A DNA stretch of 64,000 nt from Lama glama (lineage: Eukaryota): assembly GCA_028534125.1 (NCBI GenBank), contig CM052818.1, positions 30,010,001 to 30,074,000 on the forward strand, written 5' to 3'. A program made the position numbers and the translations under genes. The stretch's first letter is position 1, and every line of letters begins with the position of its first letter. A model generated the notes under the pieces. It had not been told where the DNA came from. It made no database searches and saw only the letters and a program-made list of their open reading frames with translations. Positions 27,536 to 40,765 of the stretch are shown one piece after another.

Positions 27536-27649
27536 AAAACAGTATGATATAACAAAAACTTGAATTGATAGAAAAGAAATCTGTAGTTAGACTAAAAATG
27601 CTTATAAGCTCTGATACATCTTTTATTTTCTTAACTAACAAAAGCAGTA

Positions 27650-28440
27650 TTTCTTTTTTTTTCTTTCAGTTTCGAGATATAATTGACATCAGGGTTGAGT
27701 AAGTTTAAAGGGTACACCATAATGATCTGACTCTTATACATCATGAAATGATTACCACAGTAATTTTAGTGAAAATCTGTCATCTCATATAGATACAAAA
27801 TAAGAGAAAAAAATTTTTTTTCTTCTAATGAGACCACTCAAGATTTATTCTCTTAACAACTTTCATCCATAACATAAAGGAATGTTCATATATTTACCAT
27901 GGTGTACACTACATCCCTAGTACTTACTTGTCTTATTACTGCAAGTTATCCTTCTATCTACCTTTGTTCAATTCACTGACCCCCTGCCTGCCTCTGGTAA
28001 CCACAAATGTGATCTCTTTTTTTGTGAATCTGTTTGTTTCTGAACTATAATTCACCTACAACACTATGCTAGTTCCTGATGTACAACACAGTGATTTGAT
28101 AGTTCTATACATTTCAAAATGCTTACCACAGTAAGTTTAGTTATCATCTGTCAACAAAGAAATTGCATTATTATTGACTATACGCTCCACAGTGTACATT
28201 TCACACTGGTGATTCATTTATTTTGTACTCAGAAATTTGTACGTCTTACTCTACCTCACCCATTTCTCTCATCCCCTCTACAACCCCTACCCCCATTACT
28301 GTATCTGTGATTCTGTTTCAGTTTTATGTTTGTTCATTTGTCATGTTTTTTAGATTCCACATAAAAGTGAACTCATATGGTATTTGTCTTTCTCCATCTT
28401 GTTTCACTTAGTATAATATCCTTTAGATCCATCCATGTCA
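27650..28440 (-). mobile_element. L1 3' UTR fragments (L1MA-like), antisense to the + strand
   Basis: PolyT start, gagatataattgac, cctctggtaaccac, ttttagattccacata...agatccatccatgt motifs. Confidence 0.7.
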
Positions 28441-28794
28441 AGTTTCTGTTTTTGTTAAACAGAACATTTAATATCATAAACGATTAAGTTAGGTGACTTG
28501 TCAATCTTGATAACAGAGATCATTAACCATAATATATTATTTTAAAAATTATTTTTAATTCCCCAATTTTTGAAATGCTTCCCTGACATTCAGGTAAGTA
28601 TTTATTTAGAATGTTTATTAAGTTATACAAAATTAATGCCAAAAATATATCCCTACACAATAATCCAATAAAAACGCAAGCAAAAACTTACTACCTGCTA
28701 TAATTCAATTTCAGTATTGTTATTATTATTACAAATAATTCAAAACATTTTATTACACTGATACATAAAACTTTATGTATTTAGGTACACTTAA

Positions 28795-29110
<316 letters not shown>

Positions 29111-29181
29111 AAAAGTTTTTCTTTCAAGTATGCTGATTCTATAATCTGGGCCTATTATGGATTTTCAGAAAGTCTTATTAC

Positions 29182-29208
29182 CTGTGGACTGTGTTGATTT
29201 GTTCCATG
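29182..29208 (-). CDS. BIRC6: BIRC6 coding exon, only the 3' end visible (HGTNQHSPQ); 5' part lies in the N gap
   Basis: CAG|gtaata donor in phase 0 joining VGPTAT; sequence runs into the Ns at 29209. Confidence 0.85.
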
Positions 29209-29708
29209 NNNNNNNNNNNNNNNNNNNNNNNNNNNNNNNNNNNNNNNNNNNNNNNNNNNNNNNNNNNNNNNNNNNNNNNNNNNNNNNNNNNNNNNNNNNN
29301 NNNNNNNNNNNNNNNNNNNNNNNNNNNNNNNNNNNNNNNNNNNNNNNNNNNNNNNNNNNNNNNNNNNNNNNNNNNNNNNNNNNNNNNNNNNNNNNNNNNN
29401 NNNNNNNNNNNNNNNNNNNNNNNNNNNNNNNNNNNNNNNNNNNNNNNNNNNNNNNNNNNNNNNNNNNNNNNNNNNNNNNNNNNNNNNNNNNNNNNNNNNN
29501 NNNNNNNNNNNNNNNNNNNNNNNNNNNNNNNNNNNNNNNNNNNNNNNNNNNNNNNNNNNNNNNNNNNNNNNNNNNNNNNNNNNNNNNNNNNNNNNNNNNN
29601 NNNNNNNNNNNNNNNNNNNNNNNNNNNNNNNNNNNNNNNNNNNNNNNNNNNNNNNNNNNNNNNNNNNNNNNNNNNNNNNNNNNNNNNNNNNNNNNNNNNN
29701 NNNNNNNN
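29209..29708. other. Assembly gap (500 N)
   Basis: Direct observation. Confidence 1.
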
Positions 29709-31167
29709 AAAAAAAAAAAAAGTTCTCAACAAATAGGCCCTGAAACAATGGAAATGCAGTATTTAAAACATCTTTTAATTTCAAGTAAAACTCACATATT
29801 CCTGGAAGTTACAGCTGATTAAAAGGATCTGAATCTCTACTGTACTGAGTGGGATTCATTCTCTATTTTCATCTACCACAGATCTCATGCCCCTCTCCTA
29901 ATCAGACTGTAAAAAATACCCAATTTAATGTGCATCTTATTCAGCAAACGGTCAATAGAAAAGAAATAACTAAATGCTCATGGTCCTTTTGGTAAGCCTA
30001 TTCTTAGTAATTATTTCTCCATTCCAGAAATAGAGATTGACTTCTCAGGTAAATTTTAACAAGTTTCAGAAGATAAACTGAGGCAAAACATATTCATTTT
30101 TGCATGTCAGCTATATAAATGCTGTATACTGTTAATTGATATACAGATAACACACCCGTTTTCTGAACTGAACAAAATATCTTTGAGTCAAATCTATCTT
30201 CAGTATCACATGGTGATGTTTTAGGTCCCATATTTGGAAAATATATTTCAAATGAAAAAAATGCAATTCCATTTTGATGCTAAGCAGTGATTCAATTTAA
30301 TATCTTCGTCATCATGATGATGCTTTCTAGTCAATGAAATTCAACCCAAAAAGATGGGAATGAAATCCACCCATTGCTGACATAACCTACAGATGCAATA
30401 AAGACTTCAATTCACAACCGGCTAGTCCTTGCTCTCTAATATGAACTTTGATCCCTACCTTCCAACAACCTCAAGAATGTCAAATAAAATCTAGACCTGA
30501 AAAGCAAAACCAGTAAGCATTACAGAACATAATGTAGGAGACTATCTTTGTCACTGTGAGATACTGAAAGCCACAGAAGGCACTAAAACTTCCTTTCTAA
30601 GAAGGTTCAGAAATTATTTTACCATCTTAACTTAAATGGGAAATAAGTGTGTGGGATAAGGAAAGTAGGAAACATAATAGGACTTTACAATCTGAGAAGT
30701 AGCAATTATATTTAGTGAATATATGTCTTAGAGGTGAAAAATACAAACTGAGGAATCTAGTCTTACATGTTCATGAATATTATAATGAACAAACCATTTT
30801 TAAGTGCAATGGTACTTTTAAAAGAATAAACAGCCAACACGAGACACAGACTAACATTAAACACTTGACTTTGTACTCTAAAACTAATCAATTTTACTTT
30901 AACAACTAGTACATTTTTGGAAGGTAATTTGAACTTGTATTTGTAGAGATATGAAAGTATTTATATTATAAAAGTAAAGAAGCACAAACGGTAAGATACA
31001 TTAAGAACAAATTCAGAAAAGACATTAAAATAAGGAATTTAATCATCTTCACAACTATATCACTTCTTGGAAAAATCTTCTTTAAGAATCTGCTATCAAG
31101 GGTAATAAAGTATATGTCAGAGAATTAAAGGAATAAATAGATTTAAAGGATAAATGTTTGAACTTAC

Positions 31168-31278
31168 GATTAAGCTGCATGTTTGTCATGAGTGTTAGAC
31201 TATGAAGCACAAGGCACCACGTCCGGAGCAAAGTATTGGGATACCACGCTAACACCGTGAGAAAGCTAGTTATTGACG
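31168..31278 (-). CDS. BIRC6: BIRC6 coding exon (A)SITSFLTVLAWYP...NMQLN, 111 bp
   Basis: cacatag| and ATC|gtaagt; phase 1-1. Confidence 0.92.
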
Positions 31279-31716
31279 CTATGTGGAAAAGAAAAAGGGG
31301 AAACATTTTTACCCAGAAAAAGCAAATGTTTACTAAGAATTAAAAAGAAAAATAATGAACTTTAAAACATGATATTACTTTTTAAAAATCAATTCACTAC
31401 CTAGTGTCCTCAAAATATACAAATAAAAAGTTCCCCATTAAATATAACCAATGCATTAACCATCAACAACATTTTACTGTCTAAGGCTCACCCTGTGACA
31501 AATAAAATAACATGTCATCACTATAAATTTGTTGTCCTTTCCAAAGTACAGGCATTTCCACCTAAACACAATTTGTGTTTTACTAAAAATCCTCACATTC
31601 TGCAAAATCAAGAATTAAAAATAGCAGGGCATATTGGAAAGACAGGGATGGCTAGACCATTCAAAACCAATACAACTTCCCAACACAAGCATGAACTAAA
31701 ACAATAACTAACTCAC

Positions 31717-31725
31717 TTGCGATGT
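31717..31725 (-). CDS. BIRC6: Putative 9-nt alternative microexon of BIRC6 (ACATCGCAA)
   Basis: gtgtgcttcttatctag|ACATCGCAA|gtgagt; frame-preserving in a phase-1 intron; no expression data. Confidence 0.6.
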
Positions 31726-32400
31726 CTAGATAAGAAGCACACATGGCAGGTAAAGAAGCCAAAAAAGTTATTAAAAATACACAAACACAAAACAGCCCCC
31801 AGATTGTACCCTTAAAACACTGTGTATATACGGTTGATTTCAGATCTCAGGCAGGAAATACAAAGCCTGAAACATCTATCACACTAAAATCTAACAAAGA
31901 CATAGTTGTGTATTTCACAAAAAACAAAACCAATAAAACCTAAATAAGCACCTTATTGGCCACATATAGCACAATAAGCATGACTGTAACAGAAACATGA
32001 GAAATATTTTAAAGTCATGAACTTATACAGGTATTTATTAAAGAAACTAAGTGGTTATAATTGCAGGCTACTTACGAACCAATTCATTTTAAATTTTCAC
32101 TTTAAAAACCAAAGTATTTCTAGCATTTTTCCTGCCTGTTACATAAATGGTCTCCAGAGGATAACATGATAGCATATGAAAGGAAGTTTCTCTTTATGGA
32201 AGTTTTTTAGATAATAAAGAAGTAATAGACGAATTAGATTATCTTCATTTTGAAACTTTCTATGAATTGTTAATAAGTCTAGGCATTAATCATTAGTGCC
32301 TATTAACAACATAAAAAGAGACACAACCCATGAAACTGCCTTAAAAAAGCCTCAAATCAGATTAAGCTCTAGGGCCAACTTCCAATTTACAGGAAATAGA

Positions 32401-32529
32401 TATGAAATCAAATATATGTATTTATATGCATGACTGGGACATTGTGCTGTTCAACGGAGGTCAACACATTGTAATTGACTGTACTTCAATAAAAAATTTA
32501 AAAATTTTTGAAAATAAAAATTTTAAAAA
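32401..32529 (+). mobile_element. Short 5'-truncated young L1 3' end with TSD
   Basis: gactgggacattgtgctgt...acacattgtaattgactgtacttcaat + A-rich tail; TSD tacaggaaataga at 32388-32400 and 32530-32542. Confidence 0.75.
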
Positions 32530-33580
32530 TACAGGAAATAGAGAGGATACCATAGGAACACAATCACTAAAAATTGGGACCCTGGGCATCCTGAAGACAA
32601 GTAAACTTCTTTGACAAATAACTTTGCAAGGAGATTTAAAAAAAAGACATGGAGGGAATCTATATATAGAGGGATTAAGAATCATAATTAACTAAAATGT
32701 GTAGACCCTACATGGATTCTATTTCATATAAACAAATGTTGTAACAGTTAAGCCAATTAGAAATTTAAATACCGGCCAAATATCTTATACTAAGGAATAA
32801 TTTCTTACCCTTCTAGTCACTCTTGTTTATGCTTAATGATTTTCACGATAACAAAGTTAAAAAACATGATCAGAGCAAAATCTATAATAATAATTATTAC
32901 TATTATTATTAATACAGTGAAACAGATAAAAACCTAATAATTAAAGTAGGGCCGGCTCTTGCTGAGTCAATGCAGATGTAAGTGGGACCATGAGCCAGGT
33001 ATGGCTGTCACTAAGGATGAGACAGGCCATGTGAAAGCCAGGCATCATGTATATCTCTAGAGAAAATACCAGGAAAAAAATGACTTTTATTCTTCTTTAA
33101 ATAGATTCCTGTAGCTAGAACTGAAGGCTAGTTCTACTCCTATTGAAGGGTATTATCCTAGTCCCACTATTTCCACATTCCTGTATTTGCCAAGAAAAAA
33201 AAAAAAAAAAAGAATGAACACAACTTATACAAAAATTGACATCTTCCTCCAATTTACCAATCCCCTAGAAGCTCTTTCACAATTGTAAGAAATACCAGTT
33301 TCAACAAAGCAGTCTATGAATAAGAAAATACTTGAGGAAAATAAAATGTAAAGATTAACAGAACATTGTAGATTTTGTCTGTGTTGCACACAGACATAAG
33401 ATAATACAGATCAAAGACTAAGAGTTTTCTGTCCTCCTTCCTGATAATTATTATGTCAGTATATTAAAACAGGTTTTTTTCACTAAAACATTATAACCCT
33501 AATGACAAAGATTAGGTATTATTAACATAATCATTACCTTTCCAGCTTATTACTTATGCTATGTCAATAATAAATCTTAC

Positions 33581-33707
33581 CCTGATTTAATGAAATGACA
33601 GGTATTCGATTAGCATTGTATAAAAAAATGTCTGCTCCATTTTCTTTGTTTCCAGATGAACTAGAATTCAGACTCAATGTGAGCCACAACTGGAGAAGGG
33701 ATTCCAA
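33581..33707 (-). CDS. BIRC6: BIRC6 coding exon LESLLQLWLTLSLN...VISLNQ, 127 bp
   Basis: ttttcag| and AGG|gtaaga; phase 0-1. Confidence 0.93.
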
Positions 33708-34197
33708 CTGAAAAAGAATAAAAATTGACAGGAAAAAAAGTACCTATTATATTATGAAATATCATTTAAACAAAAATATTATGTATGCATCCTCATGAGT
33801 AAATTATTTTTCTATTAAATACTTTTCCTGGTTATGTCAATTCAGTAGACAAGCAAAAACTTCTTAAAATTCTAGATCAAACAAATTTTAACTATATTAA
33901 AATTTATAATTTACCTAATACAAATGTTTTACTAATTAAAAGAGGTGATTCAAGTCTTTAAATACAGCTATGTGTAATACATAGTTGGAACCAAAGCAGT
34001 AAAAGCTTAAAATAATAAAAATTACAAAATGACCTTTCCCTGAGGCGCTGTGGTTAATCAGAGTATCTCCGGTATTTTTTCATCTGAGTATGACAAAGAA
34101 ATCATCCCTGTCTGGTTGAGAATGATCCCCGTTATTTTCATCTTTTACTAGGCTGGTATTAATGTCTAAAAATACACCATTTCTCCTGAAGTCATAC

Positions 34198-34352
34198 CTG
34201 AACATGATGGACTTGAAGCATGGAAAAAAGTTTGTTGAAACAAACATTTAACATTGGTACAGATGATAACTGTATAATAAGCTGGTTGGATTGGTTCGCT
34301 GCTTGTAAACCCCCTAGAAGTGAATCATCTGTTCCAGTGGGAGACTGTGATA
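34198..34352 (-). CDS. BIRC6: BIRC6 coding exon SQSPTGTDDSLLGG...QVHHVQ, 155 bp
   Basis: ttttcag| and CAG|gtatga; phase 1-0. Confidence 0.92.
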
Positions 34353-35841
34353 CTGAAAATTAAACACAATTATGATTTTATACACAAAGTATCAGGAGAA
34401 ATGTTAACTAGCTATCAATATGTATAGGTAAGTGAAGATCTTTTTAAAAAAAATTAAAATTGCATTCTTTAAAATTGTTTATCTGAAAACTTGTTTTTAC
34501 AACATTACGTATGAAAGTTAAAAAGATAATCACCAAAAAGAGACGCTCCCAAATTCACAGGATTTGACCATCAAGGGAAAAGAACTTATTCTCTAGTAAT
34601 TTTTATTTTCAATTTCTTCCTAATTAATAAGGGGTTAGGGGGTAGAGAGAAAGAAAGAAGACTCTTGCCTAATACTTGAGAAGGCAGCTTTAGAATAATC
34701 TAGACTCTAATCCACTCATTCTCAACCCTGATGATGCACTAAAATTACAGGGAAGCGTTAAAAAATTCTGATGCCAAGTCACACACCAAAACTAACGAAA
34801 TGCATATATATTCAAGGGGAACAGAGAAATAAAGGGACTCTAGTTTTTCATATATTTATAAAGTTTTTATATTAAAACAGCACACAGTTCTGCACAGGAA
34901 AATAATCAAAAGAGAGAAAATACTGAGAAGCAAAACACTAGACCAATCCTTCTGTTTTTCTCCTTTTTTCCCATATTTCCTAAGGCAAGAAATAAATGAG
35001 GACTGCAAATCAAAACAATTTAGTTTAACACAGAAAGACCTAAAACCCCGAATTTCTCTATTGAAATGGGTTGTGAATTCTTCTTCACAGAAGAAGGACA
35101 TGATGTGCTTCCTAGGTGCCAACCAGTATCTCTACATCTTTACTCACTACCATGACCCAGAGAAAGCAAAGCAATTCACTAGCCTAAGAAAAATAAAAAC
35201 ATCACCATCTCCTCAGCAACATGCCTATCTTAAGACAGACAGGCTGTAATCTTAACTGCACTCACCTGATAGAAGGGGGTCTGCCCAAGTCTAGCATTAC
35301 ATCACGGGTCAGCAAACCATGTCCTAGTGGCCAAATGTGGCAGGCCACCAGATTCTGTGACACAGTTTCTTTAATAGCCATGCCTATTCATTTAGGCATA
35401 TATCGTCTACAGTTGCTTTACTGCTACAAAGTCAGAATGTATAGTTGCAATACACACTGCACAGCCCCAGAAAAACTATAAAAAGTTTTCCTTCTTTTGC
35501 TGTAGTAAATCCTCTCAATTCTGCAGTTCAAGTAGGCCCATTTAGCTGTCGTCCTTATCTAGGTCCTAGACTTCAAGGATGATAAAGATGTTACTATTAA
35601 AAACCCACTTTATCATAAATTTGGATATAATGCAACAAACTCCCAGGCAGCTACCTATGCAGGCTTTGCCAGGAATTTCATTAACTTCACAACACCACAA
35701 TAACAAAAACATGACTCAGGTTTTTCAACTGAATTAAAAACCACTACATGTAGGTATTTTGCTCCCCCTCTACTCTCCCAATTCATTAATCCTTTGTCTT
35801 ATTTCTCAACTTGCTACTAACTTAGCAAGGGAGAGGTGAGA

Positions 35842-35882
35842 CACACACACACACACACACACATGCATGCACACACATGCAC
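35842..35882. repeat. (CA)n microsatellite, interrupted
   Basis: Direct observation. Confidence 0.9.
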
Positions 35883-36003
35883 AGTCCCCTCAGATTCCCA
35901 TCAGACATGGAATTTAAAAATCTATCCTTTCTGAGTGCACCTGCAAATACTGAAGAGATAAATTATTCACTGTAACATTCTAAAAATAGTGACTTTTGCT
36001 TAC

Positions 36004-36120
36004 ATGTAGGAGATGTATTTGTCAATGCCTGTAAAATGGAATCCGCTTCCAGGGTAGACATCATTTTCAACATAAGTTCTGCTTGTTGCTCGAGTCCAAC
36101 TTCTAGGCGAGCATCTAAGG
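36004..36120 (-). CDS. BIRC6: BIRC6 coding exon (A)LDARLEVGLEQQ...TNTSPT, 117 bp
   Basis: ttggtag| and CAT|gtaagc; phase 1-1. Confidence 0.92.
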
Positions 36121-37432
36121 CTACCAAAAGCAATTAAAAGGAAAAAAAAACCCAAGCTATTTAATAATTATTATTCAAGGCCTACTTCCTAAAATAACAT
36201 GTTGCCATTGGAACTCAAAACAGGGTAAGGAGTGTGTCCTCACATTGGAACGATCTGGCATGGGGTATCAGAGCCACAGCAGGTAACAGCATCTGTGCAA
36301 GGGAGGCTGAGATGGGAGAGTGGATATACAGAGAGAGGTGGAGCAAATAAGTGAAGCAATGAAGACAGAAGCAAACAAATTAAGAATAATGAGAACCTCA
36401 CTGTTAGAGAAAAGAGAAATACAGAAAATGAGAAAACTAAACTGAAGTCTTTGGAGTTAGATTACAGTTAAAAGAACTGATTATCAATGTGAACTCATGG
36501 CATTTTAGAGAAATAAATAGAGAAATAAATATAAACACAAATGTGTATACACACTCCCTAGATTTGTCCATTAAGAGGGCAAAGAAACAACCAAAAATTA
36601 GCACTAACTATATCTAGTACTCAAATCTTGAATCCTTAATCACATCTCTCCAATGAAAGTTTTTGAAATATTTTTTTCCTTCATCAAGTGGCTAATATCC
36701 AGTCTGGGAAAGGGCATGTAAATGATGAGCCTGGGGCATCCTATTGTGCCAGAAAATGAAGAACTGCTCAAAGATGAGGTATGCCAAAGAGAAAGAGACC
36801 AGCTTAAAAGAGATACCACTGGTCAAGTCAGGGACAATTTGAACATCAAAATAAATAATGACAACACTGTGAATACACTTAATGCCATGGAACTATACAC
36901 TTAAAAATGGCTAAAATAGTAAATTTTATGTTTTCTATATTCTACTTCAATAAAAACAAATAAAGAATAATAACAACAAACTATAACCCACTGAATAAAA
37001 CATTTTCACTGGTCTATTCAAAACTAGATAAATAGTAATTTTTTAAAAAAGGAATAGTTTCCAAGTTGTTGCTCTGCCACCCCAATTCCCCAATTTTTTT
37101 ACAAAGGGGAAAAGAGTAATTTTACAATGGAGAAGACTGGCAGACATCTCCTTTATGAATTAAATAAACTTAAAAGCATCAGCAGTGGTCCAAATTTAAA
37201 ATCATGAGCCACCTAATAGGATGCAATAAGAAAGCCTGAACATTATACTTTCGTGATAGTTCTGTGAAAGATGCATGACCAAAATCTAATCATGAGGAAA
37301 CAGCATACAAACCGAAACAGAGGGACATTCTACAAAATAACTGTCTTACAATCTTTAAAAGCATCAAGGTCATGAAAGTTACCTCTGACAAACTGTGGCA
37401 GGCTAAGTGAGACTGAAGAGATATGACACCTA

Positions 37433-37641
37433 CAGCTGATCCTTAAACAACACAGTTTTAACTGCATGTATCTACTTATATGTGGACTTTTTAAAATAAA
37501 TACGCAGTATACAATCCTTAGTTGGCTAAATGCATGGATGCAAGAATCTCAGATAGGGAGGGCCAACTGTAAAGTTAAGCACAGGTTTTCAACTGTGTGG
37601 AGGTGGGCACCCTCACCCCAACCTTGTTCAAGGTTCAACTG
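37433..37641. mobile_element. Tigger2-family MITE inserted in old L1 3' sequence (~36440-37900)
   Basis: TA-flanked TIRs cagctgatccttaaacaa / ttgttcaaggttcaactg. Confidence 0.7.
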
Positions 37642-38301
37642 TAAATGCAATGCATGTTTCTGTACTGGATGCTTCTGCATAAAGGACATTTTTATTTAGA
37701 TACAACTGCTGAAACCTGAATGGGTTAATTTCCCGATTTAGATGGAATGTGCTTCCTGATGTGTTTATATACAAGAAATGTCTTGGTTTGTAAAACAAAC
37801 AAAACAAAAAAACATCAGATTGGCAACTTATTCCCAAATGGGTCACGATAACAAATGTTCTCTGCATTATACTTGCAACTTTTTGGTAAATGTACTATTG
37901 TTTCAAAATTTACAGAAAGATTTATAAAAAAAAAGTAATATACTTGGTGTGACTAGAAGAGTACAAAAATAATACTCAACATGATTTCATTCTGTTTGCA
38001 AGTAAAATATAAATTTTTTATTAACAATAAAAACAAAAGAAAGTACAATTAGCAAACCCACACAACTCGCAAATGTATTTTGCAAGGTGTTATTTTGAGA
38101 AACAAAAGATGGACCATTAATAGAAGTTCTTCCACACTGAGCAACATAAAGCTCTGAATGTCAGTCACTCTCATGGCACCTCCGTAACATTCAACCCTCT
38201 CCACATACACAGAGGCTCAAATTCTCAAGAGACAAAACATGCATAAATTTAGGACTTGTTTTAAGAGTAGCTTATGCCTTAAAATATGAACACACACTTA
38301 C

Positions 38302-38455
38302 CTTGAGACACCGAAACACTAACTGTCTGTGATCCATTCTTCTCTGTATTTGCTGGTGGCTTTGCTACAGGAATTCCAAGGCCTCCAATGTAAGGGTTGT
38401 AATTGTAGGTGCCATAATCAGCACCCCAATAGTCATACCATGTACTGCTTATTGG
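38302..38455 (-). CDS. BIRC6: BIRC6 coding exon PISSTWYDYWGADY...VSVSVSQ, 154 bp
   Basis: ttttaag| and AAG|gtaagt; phase 0-1. Confidence 0.93.
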
Positions 38456-39086
38456 CTTAAAAGAATAGGAAAAAACTGTGGTTTATTTTTGCCTCTTCAG
38501 GAAGAGTGACATATTGTTTACTTTACCTAAGCTCATATAGGGCTACAAAATAAATATCCTCTTCACCCTTTCAATTTCTAAAACATACTTATAATCTTAA
38601 TGATCTATAGGGATGGTTCAGTAATAGTCTCTCCATTACATCCCAAAATCTAAAAACATCTTATTTATTAGAATCTGAGAGATAACTAACATCTTGAATA
38701 AAATCTCCTACACACAAAATGAATCAAAATAAAGGAGATGTATCTCCTTTAGAAAAAGCTACAGCTAACAAAGTAGACTCTGCAATGAACTTAACTTGGA
38801 TGAACTAAAATGCTGCTTGAAATGTTGAGTCCATAACTATACTTCCATGCTTGTTAGTGGTTCTTATTAACATATGAGATGTTAGTGGCTATATTAATAA
38901 AATGGTATAAGTTGTCCTTATACTGTTCACTAGTATTAGTCTACTAGCGTACCTATAGCAATTTAACTTTGAGTAAACTGAATAATGGGCTACATTAGAT
39001 GTATATTTTCCTCTTTTACGTAACTAATAAATCAAAAGTATAACATGAAACATTTTAATTGCAAAGAATTCTTTACAGTATCATAC

Positions 39087-39220
39087 CTTAAAAACTTTGG
39101 CTGCAAGAGGATCCTTTTCCAAATCAATATCTAAAGGATCAATGTCAACTTCCATTAGATCCTGAAGTAGCTCAAGATCAATTTCTTTATCTTTTTCCAA
39201 TGAAGAAAGAGGAGGTGCAC
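39087..39220 (-). CDS. BIRC6: BIRC6 coding exon (G)APPLSSLEKDKE...LAAKVFK, 134 bp
   Basis: tttgaag| and AAG|gtatga; phase 1-0. Confidence 0.92.
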
Positions 39221-40609
39221 CTTCAAATAATTAAAAGTGATTTCTTTTTGGTGGAGTATATAACATAAAATTTAACCAATATATTGCTTTTCATTACAGA
39301 AAAAGTTACTTTACTTATGTATAACATATGTTCCTACTGATATAAAAATCTCTAAATTTTTATACTTGACAATTAAACATTAATAAGTATGTAAATATAC
39401 CATTCTATAACACACAATTAAAAACACCAGTGCAATAACACCTGATCTCCTAGGGAAAAAAGACCACAGTACTATATTGAATCAAGTGGCATAAACTTTG
39501 CTATTACAAATAATTATTAATCATTTCTAGGATGGACAATATTATTCATTTTATTCCCTCCAATACATAATTTATTATATTACATCCAGTAGTTAAAGAA
39601 ATGATACCCAGTAATAAAGTGAAAAGCAAAGATTTAAGTTTTAAAACTGCTATTCATCTTGTTTTTCTATTATGAATTAGAAATTAATTTGCTCTCAGAT
39701 GACTCCAAATTCTTAACTAGCCTTCTATTCCTTACAATCCTTATTTTTCTTCCCTTCCTACCCTCTTTTATTCAACATATATTTATAGAATGCAGAGAAA
39801 AATGCCAGCCTGTATTAGGTTTTCAGTATATGAAGATTAATAAATTTCTACCCTCCAATAAATTAACAGAGCTTCAGAGGTGAGGATAGACTACAGAAAT
39901 CAAACCAACTACAGCATAGTAAGTGCTATCAGAGACAATCAAGAATGTAGGCAGCACCGATGGGAGCCTCCAACATTGTTGGTGGTAAAGGAAAAAGTTC
40001 CTTGCACGAGGGCATGCTCTACGTGAATCTTAGATAAGGAGCTCATCATGCAAATAAGAGAAGAAAGTCTATTCCAGATAAAGGGACTATCAGGTAGAAG
40101 GGCTAAAATCATGAGGGACTCTAAGATTAAGAAACACAGATGGTTGAAATGACCACAGCATCTGCAATATATAAATAACTGATAATATAATGACTAAAAC
40201 AGAGTCTTGAAAACCTGAGAGTATACCAAAAAGGACTGTGCATGCTAAGATACAAATTATAGTTTTTGAAAAGGTAGAAAACAAGGAAAGAAAATAGAAC
40301 AAGAGCCTTGAATCTTTCTGTCTTCATCACTGTGTATCTTTAACTATTTTCTAGGTTGTACAGAGCTAAAACAGATCATATCAAAATAACCTGGACACTA
40401 TGAAAGGATACCATTTTATTATAAGCATTCAGAAAATCAAAGCAAAACATATTTATCAGGAAAATAACTGATATGGTTAGTAAGGCTAAAGATCTAATAT
40501 AAAACTTAATTTTATACTTCATTAATACTTTTAATTTTGAAATATAATTTTCATTTTTCTTAGAAAGATCTAAGGATATTTTAAGTAAAACATGATTCAA
40601 AGAATGTAC

Positions 40610-40765
40610 CTGTTATATCATGTGTCAAAGGTTCATCTATAGTTTCCAGCAACTGAACTGAAGACTGCTGAAGGGAGTCATCAGAGTCGCCAGCTGTTGC
40701 ACCTACATCATCGCTCACTGTTGCTTCCTCCATGGCTTCTGCAGCCACTGGAGCCAGCAATTCTC
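40610..40765 (-). CDS. BIRC6: BIRC6 coding exon (G)ELLAPVAAEAMEE...LTHDIT, 156 bp
   Basis: cctacag| and CAG|gtacat; phase 1-1. Confidence 0.92.

Noticed and set aside
29155..29822. Long ORFs (181-221 aa) in the ORF track
   Set aside because: Artefacts of translating the N gap; the same applies to the ORFs at 59019-59600
34034..34197. Codon-like, CpG-containing stretch with GATGA...CTGA resembling a C/D snoRNA or extra exon
   Set aside because: Read-through from the exon hits GTA TGA at once, the internal AG is only ~32 nt from the donor, box C is imperfect and I see no terminal stem
35260..35292. Strong donor CAG|gtgagt on the minus strand (similar orphan donors at ~5035-5043 and ~11243-11251)
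   Set aside because: No convincing acceptor or pyrimidine tract upstream; the implied exons are frameshifting or stop-containing, with nothing else supporting them
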